From positions 6,147 through 70,146 of the forward strand of contig JBGTMQ010000019.1 of the NCBI GenBank assembly GCA_041743505.1: DNA of 64,000 nucleotides, written 5' to 3'. Below, in pieces: positions 18,637 to 26,231 of this stretch (its first letter is position 1; the number at the start of each line of letters is the position of its first letter). Position numbers and translations under genes: made by a program. The notes beneath the pieces were generated by a model, which did no database searches, was not told the DNA's origin, and saw only the letters and a program-made list of their open reading frames with translations. The stretch is from Candidatus Saccharimonadia bacterium (GTDB lineage Bacteria; Patescibacteriota; Saccharimonadia; UBA4664).

Positions 18637-19355
18637 TGTTACTTGAAAGAATATTGTGTAGCGTTAATTGATCTTTTACTCAAAAAGCTTAGTTAACGCT
18701 ACACAAGTAGCGACAAACATGCACCAGGGCACTGGCGAAGCGCGCACTTGCCACCGCCTGCTGCATGAGTAAAAACGGTACTCCAGTCTGGCGGGACCCT
18801 CCGCACCTCCGCCTTCGGGCTGAGGTAAGTGCCGTTGCATATCGTACCTTGCTGAGAGGTGCGGTCAGTGCCTTGCGTGGTGCTGTCATACTCAGCCGGG
18901 CCAGGGGTTAGTCGCCTGTCCCGTTTGCTAAGAGCCGGAAACGACTGCTGTGCCGTGGTGCATTCCCACGGCTGACACTGATTCAGTGTTGCTCGCCCGT
19001 AAGCGGGTTGGAATGCCCATTGGGAACATGTCAGGAGGTAGCTCCTCCGCATGTGAGCCGCCCAAAGGCCTACGCTCAGTCTTAGGCAAACTGAGGCAGC
19101 ACAGCCCATCAAGGGCCTCCCCGCTGCACCAAGAGGGGATACTTCTCGGGTAAGGTTCTAGCGCCATTGCGCACCCTATAGAGCGGAACCGGGACGCAAC
19201 TCGGAACCGTGGGTACTCGCCAAGCCTCCCGCTAAGTCGGGGAACGAGCGATAGATGGCTGCAACTCTGTGTGTCCCGAGGACACAGAAGCTATCGAACA
19301 ATTACCTACGCCTACGGCATCTGCCGCCGGCCGGCCCCTTCGGGGGCCTTTTTTT
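18637..19355 (+). ncRNA. Candidate large structured non-coding RNA (about 720 nt) of unknown class
   Basis: Bounded by the promoter above and an intrinsic terminator (GGCCCCttcgGGGGCC + T7 at 19333-19355). About 60% GC. Numerous local hairpins (GGAGGtagctCCTCC, GCGCcattGCGC, CCCGtaagCGGG, CCCGctaagtCGGGG, 12-bp stem GTGTAGCGTTAA/TTAACGCTACAC). All six frames carry only junk ORFs rich in Cys, Trp and Arg. Confidence 0.5.
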
Positions 19356-19396
19356 GTCAAAATCATCGGAGCACTGACCCTGATCGCTTTGCACAA

Positions 19397-19594
19397 CTAC
19401 AAAGTTACCAGCCTCTTTGAGCTGCCTTGTAATAATACCGCCAGTCTTGACGCCACTAAATCGGCTATGAGCTGATGACCTTCATCATTGGGGTGGACAC
19501 TATCCGGCAATAACTCAGATTCTAATTCCGCCTTTGAAAATGGCTCAAATATATCAACAAATTCTAAGTTGTTGTATGAGCAAAAATTACCCAA
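19397..19594 (-). pseudogene. Remnant of a TesA-like SGNH/GDSL hydrolase (C-terminal block V only)
   Basis: LLPDSVHPNDEGHQLIADLVASRL matches GDSL block V (DGxHPN..A..IA). The upstream part of the gene is absent in all frames. Confidence 0.55.
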
Positions 19595-19662
19595 CGTATT
19601 GTCAAATTCTTTAATTCGCGCTATCGCAACTAAAATTCAGAGACAAATTCAGGCAGGTACGT

Positions 19663-20241
19663 TTACAGTCTGGCAACTACAACAACGATAAATATTCCTG
19701 CAGCATTCAACAAAAAGGTTACTACGAAAAATTGCCAGCGTCGTATTTTAGATAGCCCCAGCATACTTACTCCAATCTCATCAGGGAGCGGAGAGGCAAT
19801 AATAGCTGCTCCAATCACAGGTAGCGTCCAGGCAAATAGTGGAGTTTTAAAAAGTGTTCTTAGGTAAGGATGATTAATTTTACTAAACAATGGCTGAAGC
19901 TCGTCAAAAACTCTATCTTTCATAAAACGAAAAATAATGTAATCACCCACCATTGCTCCGAGGCCAGCAAGAAGTGCTACTTCAATAGGGTGTAGGCTGT
20001 CGGCGAGATGATATAGGACAACCGCCGCAGGAGCAACCGTAAAAGTAGAAACAAAAAATATTCCTGTAATGAAGGCACCGAGATAGCCCAGGTTACCAAT
20101 CTGGCCAATAATACTATCTACGAAAGGTGTCTGTGCAAGGATGAAAAACAAAACGAGACTTAGCAATAAAAAACATGTATTTTTATATCGCCACCGACGC
20201 CAACGTCTACGCATCTGTTTGTAATGCTTGTGTTTCGGCAT
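19663..20241 (-). CDS. Membrane protein, DedA/VTT-like (192 aa)
   Basis: Several TM helices with a basic N-terminus. Lies in an AT-rich patch (19360-20300). Confidence 0.4.
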   Translation of the reverse strand: MPKHKHYKQMRRRWRRWRYKNTCFLLLSLVLFFILAQTPFVDSIIGQIGNLGYLGAFITGIFFVSTFTVAPAAVVLYHLADSLHPIEVALLAGLGAMVGDYIIFRFMKDRVFDELQPLFSKINHPYLRTLFKTPLFAWTLPVIGAAIIASPLPDEIGVSMLGLSKIRRWQFFVVTFLLNAAGIFIVVVVARL

Positions 20242-20349
20242 TGTTTATGGAGTATCTCATAATGACGAGAAAAGAACATAATACAGAGGTCATTTCGCTT
20301 ATGCTTGGAGGGCCAGATCAGATTCGAAGTAACAATCACAAAACAAAGT

Positions 20350-20390
20350 GAAAACCCCGCTGGCTGCGAGGTTCGCTCATAGCTAGCGGG
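20350..20390 (-). terminator. Family-A terminator, truncated variant (copy 4)
   Basis: Shares AGTGAAAACCCCGCTGGCTGCGAGG with the other copies. The hairpin overlaps the stop codon of 20383..21162. Confidence 0.55.
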
Positions 20391-21162
20391 GCGGGTGGTC
20401 GGTCACGACAACAGGTTGAAGCTCAGAATGGCGTTCCATGAGCTCCTCGTACTGGCGATCAAGCCAATCCATCATGCTCTGGTCATGCCATTCCGCAAAC
20501 TCGCGGTCGGCAATGCGCCGGTAAATGGCGTTCTGCCGCTCAACCCATCGCAGGTAACGCCTGTAGCGTCGGCCTCGCGTAGGAATGGGATGACGCGGCC
20601 GCTCGACACCGAAGTGGTCGTACAGGATCACTAGGATGGACGGCACCGGCAACGCGTCTTCGAAATCATGTGGATACTCCTGCCCCTGCCAGAGCATTAC
20701 GCGCTGGAAATGCTGGACCGTACCCGTCGCAAGCCACTCGAAGAGCAGGGTGTCACACTCCGGACAGCGGTTACACTGAGCGCTGATCTGCTTGTACGGG
20801 ATGAAATGACCACAGTGGTCGCACTTGGCCACCAGCGGCAAGTACAGCACGTACTCGTCCGCCCAATTGAGCGGACTGTCAAAGCCGCCATCGTAAGAGT
20901 AGCCGTAGCTGCACAGCTCAGCGATGAGTTCATCCAGCGTCTGCTGGATAGGTGGCAGGTCAGGCCGGAAGTGTTCACTAATCATGATGTGAACATTGTC
21001 GTCCTCCACAGTGCTCCAGCGAACATGCCCAGTCGTAATGCGCAAACCTTTGCGCAGCAAAGCTGCAGCGCGTGCATGCTGCCTACGAGTAGGGCCGCTA
21101 GGACAGCGCAAGCGCTTCAGGGCCTTTTTCGCCTTACGGGGGAGCTTCTTGGTTGGGTCCAT
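20383..21162 (-). CDS. Hypothetical protein with Cys4 zinc ribbon (CDHCGH...CNRCPEC)
   Basis: RBS GAGTGAGGttcgtaATG. Basic N-terminus and a zinc-ribbon motif. Confidence 0.5.
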   Translation of the reverse strand: MDPTKKLPRKAKKALKRLRCPSGPTRRQHARAAALLRKGLRITTGHVRWSTVEDDNVHIMISEHFRPDLPPIQQTLDELIAELCSYGYSYDGGFDSPLNWADEYVLYLPLVAKCDHCGHFIPYKQISAQCNRCPECDTLLFEWLATGTVQHFQRVMLWQGQEYPHDFEDALPVPSILVILYDHFGVERPRHPIPTRGRRYRRYLRWVERQNAIYRRIADREFAEWHDQSMMDWLDRQYEELMERHSELQPVVVTDHPPR

Positions 21163-21242
21163 TACGAACCTCACTCTGTCGGTGGGAGATGGATTAGGTA
21201 CGAGACAATAATTATATTAACATAAAACACAAATAATTGCAA

Positions 21243-21318
21243 TGGTGGGCCCGGCTGGACTTGAACCAGCGACCAAGCGGTTATGAGCCGCCTGCTCTAA
21301 CCACTGAGCTACGGGCCC
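21243..21318 (-). tRNA. tRNA with CAT anticodon, Ile2 (lysidine)-like
   Basis: Cloverleaf: GGGCCCG acceptor stem, D-arm GCTCAGTGGTTAGAGC, anticodon loop CTCATAA, T-arm GGTTCAAGTCC, encoded CCA. Sequence closely resembles enterobacterial tRNA-Ile2 (ileX) as recalled from memory. Confidence 0.75.
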
Positions 21319-21351
21319 CTGGACACCTAAGCAGTATACTATACTGTAAAT

Positions 21352-21747
21352 ATGAAACTGCCCGGCCTACCTAAATTCGAGCTCAACCTGGTGAACGTCC
21401 TGAACGTAGCCGGTGCTGCCGCTATCATATATTTGGTCGTGATTCTTGGCCAGACCATTACCAAGAATTACACCTTAAACAAGCAAGTTTCTGACCTGCA
21501 AGAGCAAATCACGCAGCTACAGGACCAAAAAGACACGTTGGCGTATAACATCGAGTACTACAAGACCAAATCGTATCAGGAGCGCGAGGCGCGCGCTAAA
21601 CTCGGTTTGCAGATGCCGGACGAGACCGTCGTCATACTGCCAGCGCCCAAAGTAGCGCCCACCCCGGTTCCCGAATCGCCAACCACCGCCATCAAAAAGA
21701 AGTCCAATTTTGCCCAATGGGTCGATTTTCTGAGCGGTAAAAGCTAG
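21352..21747 (+). CDS. ftsB: Septum formation initiator family protein (FtsB/DivIC-like)
   Basis: N-terminal TM helix then a coiled coil (QVSDLQEQITQLQDQKDTLAYNIEYYK), typical of FtsB/DivIC. Confidence 0.55.
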   Translation: MKLPGLPKFELNLVNVLNVAGAAAIIYLVVILGQTITKNYTLNKQVSDLQEQITQLQDQKDTLAYNIEYYKTKSYQEREARAKLGLQMPDETVVILPAPKVAPTPVPESPTTAIKKKSNFAQWVDFLSGKS

Positions 21748-22907
21748 GCTCTCGCTTCACGCAGGCTCAATCCAAGGGCGCCTAAAGCCCACCAGGTAGC
21801 CACCAACCACAAAGTCCAACCCAGGATCGGTATGGCAAATATCAGAATAGTCGCAGGAATGCCTATGACAGCAGCCCACACTAGCGAGTCACGAGCTTCT
21901 TGCCAGTCAGTCCGGCCAAGAATCCAGCGGCCGGCCGCAATACCGACAAGTATGCCGCTTACACCCCAGGCAAGCAGCCAAGCGCCGAACGCCAGCAGGG
22001 CCAGTGGTATGCCAACAAGTGTGAAGAGCAGGACAAAAGCTGCCAATGGCACCACAAACATCACCACGACGCCCCAGCCAATACTGGGCCCCGGCCGGTT
22101 AGCCATAATGCCCGTAACCGTGCGGACAGCCCGCGGTAGAAGCCAGATCAGTAACAGCGCAATCACCAGCGAGGCCAGCATCCAGTAAACGGCTCCGGCT
22201 ACCCAACCCAGAAACTCATCTCGCGGTGAGTCCTTCGGCTGCTGCTCCTTGGGCGGCTCGTGGCGGTTTATGTTGCCACCAACCCTGTCGTCACCAACAC
22301 TCGCCGTCTTAGCGCTGGTGTAGTTGAGGTCGCCATTCACCCGGCCGGTCGAGGTCACATTAAGGTTGTCCACGTGCGCGTCCACACTGCCCTCGATCGC
22401 CGCCGCCAGCGTCAGGCTCTCCATAGCACCGTACAAGTCCCGGCCCACCGAACCATTGATGGTACCGACCTGGCTCAGCGTAGCCACCTCGCCGGTAACT
22501 CTCGCGCTGGAACCTAGTGTAAAGGTCTGCGATGCCACAGACACGTTGCGGCCAACGGTACCGTTAATCCCCACGGTCTGCGCGGCCACCCGCACATTCC
22601 CCTCAACCGGGCCGTTAATCGTCACGGTCTGCCCGGCACACAGCACGTCACCGCGCACGCTACCGTTGACGGTTATGGTGTTACCAGCGCACCACACATC
22701 GCCGTCCACATCGCCGTCAATGGTGATATTCTGCCCGGCCGCATACAGCGAGCCGCGGTGCGTTTCGCCCTTGGCTACAGTCACATTATCGCCTGATTTA
22801 AGGCTAAAACCGAGCGCAACGCTCGGCACCAGAACAAGGGCCAGCGCCGCCAACCCCGATGCAACAAACAGATGAAATCGCTTCATGTTATCACTCACTA
22901 TTATCAC
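21744..22907 (-). CDS. Bactofilin-like/beta-helical repeat protein with N-terminal signal peptide and C-terminal multi-TM domain
   Basis: Repeats of the type GDVxCAGxTVTINGxVxGNV. Signal peptide, and a C-terminal Trp-rich TM region. Confidence 0.5.
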   Translation of the reverse strand: MIIVSDNMKRFHLFVASGLAALALVLVPSVALGFSLKSGDNVTVAKGETHRGSLYAAGQNITIDGDVDGDVWCAGNTITVNGSVRGDVLCAGQTVTINGPVEGNVRVAAQTVGINGTVGRNVSVASQTFTLGSSARVTGEVATLSQVGTINGSVGRDLYGAMESLTLAAAIEGSVDAHVDNLNVTSTGRVNGDLNYTSAKTASVGDDRVGGNINRHEPPKEQQPKDSPRDEFLGWVAGAVYWMLASLVIALLLIWLLPRAVRTVTGIMANRPGPSIGWGVVVMFVVPLAAFVLLFTLVGIPLALLAFGAWLLAWGVSGILVGIAAGRWILGRTDWQEARDSLVWAAVIGIPATILIFAIPILGWTLWLVATWWALGALGLSLREARA

Positions 22908-23027
22908 TTATTAGCATACTCCAAGCCTTACCCAAGCTCAAACATAAGCCGGTAGTTTGCTGACAAAGGGCCGGTCCACCTATGAAAACTTGCCATTACG
23001 AATCTAATACTGTATAAGTGTGTCAGC

Positions 23028-23450
23028 ATGAATAAAGCGCTTTCCTCAATCTATCAACACATCGCTCCGGCCCACCGCGCGATTTGGCGCTTTGGCATAT
23101 TGCTATGGCCTGGTTTCTTCTGGAAATATGCTTTGGCATCGGGCAGTTATAAGCCGGAGAGCTTTTTTTCATTTGTCGTGGTGGTTTATCTGGGACTTGA
23201 ACTGGCAAATATTATCCACGAATACCAACGCCCTCGACCGGATAAACTTGGCGTGTCCCAATCTTCCAAAGAATTTATAAAATCATTAATCTGGATTCAC
23301 GGGAGCTTTACGATCGTTTGTCTGGTTATCCAGCGTGATCATCTCCTGACCAGCTTACCTTGGCTAGCACTAATATGGCTTGTCGCAGTAGGAGCTTATT
23401 TCCTCCGCCCCAAGCCAATAACTGACAGCCCAAAATTTGCTATTGCATAG
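23028..23450 (+). CDS. Small membrane protein, tandem paralog 1 (YxHIAPAHRAIWR family)
   Basis: Leaderless start directly after a TGTATAAGT -10 element. Conserved N-terminal motif SIYQHIAPAHRAIWR followed by 3-4 TM helices. Confidence 0.6.
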   Translation: MNKALSSIYQHIAPAHRAIWRFGILLWPGFFWKYALASGSYKPESFFSFVVVVYLGLELANIIHEYQRPRPDKLGVSQSSKEFIKSLIWIHGSFTIVCLVIQRDHLLTSLPWLALIWLVAVGAYFLRPKPITDSPKFAIA

Positions 23451-23471
23451 TAATTAATGTATAATATAATT

Positions 23472-23867
23472 ATGGACCAAACCATTTCTACCGCTTACAA
23501 ATATATCGCTCCGGCCCACCGGGCGATCTGGCGACTAGATATTATTTTCTGGCTTGGCATTATCTTCTGGTACGCCAACAATCCGGGTTACCGTACCCTG
23601 GCGGACGCGCAGGTATATTATTTATTTGTCATCATACTCAGCATTTATCATGTTGTGTCAGAGTATCGGCATCCGCGCCCAAATGAACTGGGGCTCTCTG
23701 CACCAAATGAGGCGAGGTATTGGTTCGCAGGATTTGCCGTTATTATTACAGTGCTTTTGTTGCTTGTTAACGTGATGATGAATAAACAAAGTGATTTGTT
23801 ATGGCTTCTAATGGCATTAGCCGCTACGGGTGTAGCCTACACTATCCGTCCGAAGCCGGTAGCTTGA
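23472..23867 (+). CDS. Small membrane protein, tandem paralog 2
   Basis: Start ATG immediately after TGTATAATATAATT. Motif TAYKYIAPAHRAIWR. Confidence 0.6.
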   Translation: MDQTISTAYKYIAPAHRAIWRLDIIFWLGIIFWYANNPGYRTLADAQVYYLFVIILSIYHVVSEYRHPRPNELGLSAPNEARYWFAGFAVIITVLLLLVNVMMNKQSDLLWLLMALAATGVAYTIRPKPVA

Positions 23868-23915
23868 AGTCCTAAATTTGCCTTTACAAAGCTAACACTG
23901 TATAAGTGCATCAGC

Positions 23916-24311
23916 ATGAACCAGACGCTTTCCTCAATTTATCAATACATTGCTCCGGCCCACCGGGCGATCTGGCGCATGCCTATCTTTTTGTGGCTTA
24001 CCTTAATCTTCTGGTATGCGAATAACCCGGATAAATGGACTATTTGGGGCCCCCTGGAATACATTGTCCTTTTTCTCGGCTTTAGTATTTATTATATTGC
24101 CTCAGAATTCCGCCATCCTCGACCAGCCGATCTAGGCTTCTCTGGTGGAAATGAGGCGAAATACTGGTTTATCGGAGTTGCTGTATTAGGCATGGGAGTA
24201 TCGGTCCTTATTAACGGACTCTTGCAAGAGCAAAACGGCTTGCTATGGCTTCTGCTCGCATTAGCTGCCACCGGTGTAGCCTACGCTCTCCGTCCGAAGC
24301 TCAAAACTTGA
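23916..24311 (+). CDS. Small membrane protein, tandem paralog 3
   Basis: Start after TGTATAAGTGCATCAGC. Motif SIYQYIAPAHRAIWR. Confidence 0.6.
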   Translation: MNQTLSSIYQYIAPAHRAIWRMPIFLWLTLIFWYANNPDKWTIWGPLEYIVLFLGFSIYYIASEFRHPRPADLGFSGGNEAKYWFIGVAVLGMGVSVLINGLLQEQNGLLWLLLALAATGVAYALRPKLKT

Positions 24312-24342
24312 CAATCACAGTATAAGCACGTACCATAATATA

Positions 24343-24366
24343 TGCCGGGAAAGCCCGGTGTTTTTT
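24343..24366 (+). terminator. Intrinsic terminator after the paralog array (GCCGGGaaaGCCCGG + T6)
   Basis: Hairpin + T-run, preceded by a fourth partial copy of the paralog promoter (CAGTATAAGCACG). Confidence 0.6.
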
Positions 24367-24397
24367 CACATCCATCCGACATCTATTGGGGGCTGAA

Positions 24398-25621
24398 ATG
24401 ATTCAGCGCAGGATTGGCATTAGCATAGCGGCTTTAGTGGCCGCGGTTTTTATGATTGTCCTGGTAGGAAGAAGTTCAGTATTTGCGAATGCTGCTGACA
24501 ACACGCCAGATGTGGAGTCCTTCGACTCTACCTATATCTATAACCAGATCGTTAACCATAAGTTACCGATTCAGGCGGATGACCAGCCCACATACGTCCC
24601 GGGGTGGGGCCGCTACTATACAGGCACTAACGGGCTAGAGCTTCGGTTTAACCGCGCTGGCACCCTAAAAGCCACGCAGCTCAACTTCTTGATCGATAGC
24701 GCTATTATAGGCACAGTCATAGTGCGTGCTTCGGGTGCTGTTACGGCCGGCGGTAGCGTTTCGCTACTAAGCGATGTGGTATTGTCATCCATAACGCCGG
24801 CAAAGCTCAAGGGGGCTGCCGGTATAGCAGCTGCCGCAACGGGAATCATTATTAGCAATGAACTCTTCCAAGATGCTCTCAAAGACGACTGCATCGGAGT
24901 AACCATCCCAAATCGGGATGCGCTTAATCAGATACTCACCCGGGTAGACGCACTGGCACAATTGGGTGTGCTCCTCAAGCTCACTGAGGACCCCAGCCTC
25001 AATGACGTCTGGCGGGCTAACCTGGCAATGCTGAGTATTCCTTATGCCAACGCTGATATCCGGGTCTGGTTCGAGCCGTGTACTCCGGGTGACAAGGCAA
25101 GTGATATTGTGACCACGCCTCCGCCCCCGGTTGCTGACACGCAGCCAGTGGTCAAGGCAGAGCCCATTCCTGCTCCCGTCCAGAAGGCTCAGCCGGTACA
25201 GGCATCGTCAACACCCGCGCCAGCAGCTCCGCCGGCCCCGCCACCCGCTCCGGTGCACAATGAGGCGGTTAGTACGCCAAATGATGTCTGCTGGACGCCA
25301 GGGCCGGACTACAGGACTTATGTGAAGCCCTGGGACCATAGTTATCTGTGGTTTTTCGTTCGGGAGCATGGACCGACCACCCAAATCCAAACCCCTACCT
25401 GGCGGCATTGGACGCAGAACACCGATGGGGAATACCGACTAGAGGGCCAATACAAGGACTCAGGCGGCAACGACATGTGGTCAGAAGGCGACTTCTTCTC
25501 GGCTCCGTTCTGGACCGGCATGGACCAGTCGGAACAAAACAACCAGCTAGAAGCCTATGATCAGCTCAGGAATAGCTGGGGACATCACATGAACGCAATC
25601 AACAACGCTCCTCAATGCTGA
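24398..25621 (+). CDS. Secreted/membrane-anchored protein with Pro-rich linker
   Basis: RBS GGGGGctgaaATG. N-terminal signal/TM, then a PAPVQKAQPVQASSTPAPAAPPAPPPAP linker and a Trp-rich C-terminal domain. Confidence 0.5.
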   Translation: MIQRRIGISIAALVAAVFMIVLVGRSSVFANAADNTPDVESFDSTYIYNQIVNHKLPIQADDQPTYVPGWGRYYTGTNGLELRFNRAGTLKATQLNFLIDSAIIGTVIVRASGAVTAGGSVSLLSDVVLSSITPAKLKGAAGIAAAATGIIISNELFQDALKDDCIGVTIPNRDALNQILTRVDALAQLGVLLKLTEDPSLNDVWRANLAMLSIPYANADIRVWFEPCTPGDKASDIVTTPPPPVADTQPVVKAEPIPAPVQKAQPVQASSTPAPAAPPAPPPAPVHNEAVSTPNDVCWTPGPDYRTYVKPWDHSYLWFFVREHGPTTQIQTPTWRHWTQNTDGEYRLEGQYKDSGGNDMWSEGDFFSAPFWTGMDQSEQNNQLEAYDQLRNSWGHHMNAINNAPQC

Positions 25622-25725
25622 TGGGCTGGCCGGTGATGAACGAAAGTTCGTTACCGGTCTTTTTAGTTCCTAGCCAGCGCAACATGCCTTGACCAGCGGC
25701 CGAATTCCTGCTAAATTGTTCAGGT

Positions 25726-25800
25726 TGACGCGGGGTGGAGCAGTGGCAGCTCGTTGGGCTCATAACCCAAAGGTCGTAGGTTCGAATCCTGCCCCCGCTA
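25726..25800 (+). tRNA. Initiator tRNA-fMet (CAT)
   Basis: C1 mismatched with position 72. Three consecutive G-C pairs in the anticodon stem (GGG/CCC), loop CTCATAA, T-loop TTCGAAT, CCA encoded. Promoter TTGACC-17-TAAATT at 25688-25716. Confidence 0.8.
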
Positions 25801-25814
25801 CCAAGCAATTATCA

Positions 25815-25848
25815 TCAAAAAGATTAGCCTAACCGCTAATCTTTTTCA
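25815..25848. terminator. Bidirectional terminator (AAAGATTAGCctaaccGCTAATCTTTTT)
   Basis: Perfect hairpin flanked by A and T runs. Lies between the tRNA (+ strand) and the minus-strand gene 25850..26179. Confidence 0.65.
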
Positions 25849-25849
25849 T

Positions 25850-26179
25850 CTACAGCTCCGACTGTACAAACTTCATCGATGCCACGGCCAAGTCCGCATA
25901 GCTCGCCTCATGCTCAAACGGCACCACTACCCATTGCTTCATCACCGGGCCTTTCCTGCCATGCATCTCCGGCTGAAACAAATGCGCTCCGGACATTGCC
26001 AGCGCCTGGTCATACGCTGGGCTACCCACCGGCAGCTTAAAGTTAATCCCGTCATCAGCCAGTCCGGCAATCGGTTTCTTGCCCAGCTTCAACACCGGCA
26101 TCCCAAACATATTTGACTTTACAATCCCGGCCTCCGCCATCGAATTAGCCAGCCGGTCATATGCTTCGTGTTCTCTCAT
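25850..26179 (-). CDS. TfoX N-terminal domain-like protein (109 aa)
   Basis: Motif SNMFGMPVLKLGKKPIAGLADDGINFKL resembles the TfoX_N/Sxy N-terminal domain. Confidence 0.35.
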   Translation of the reverse strand: MREHEAYDRLANSMAEAGIVKSNMFGMPVLKLGKKPIAGLADDGINFKLPVGSPAYDQALAMSGAHLFQPEMHGRKGPVMKQWVVVPFEHEASYADLAVASMKFVQSEL

Positions 26180-26231
26180 CTTTTTCCCTTCATTGACGTA
26201 ATTTTACCACCGCCTGCGAGGCTATGGTATT

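Noticed and set aside
18699-19112. 137-aa minus-strand ORF inside the proposed ncRNA locus
   Set aside because: Cys/Trp/Arg-rich nonsense-like composition, no RBS or promoter, and it runs antisense to a promoter-terminator-bounded unit. It is more likely a by-product of GC-rich non-coding sequence.
18637-19355. RNase P RNA, tmRNA, or group II intron identity for the ncRNA candidate
   Set aside because: No P4 GGAAAGUCCGG / ACAGAACCCGGCUUA motifs. No tRNA-like 3' CCA end or tag-peptide frame. No GUGYG 5' end or domain V consensus. No adjacent RT/maturase.
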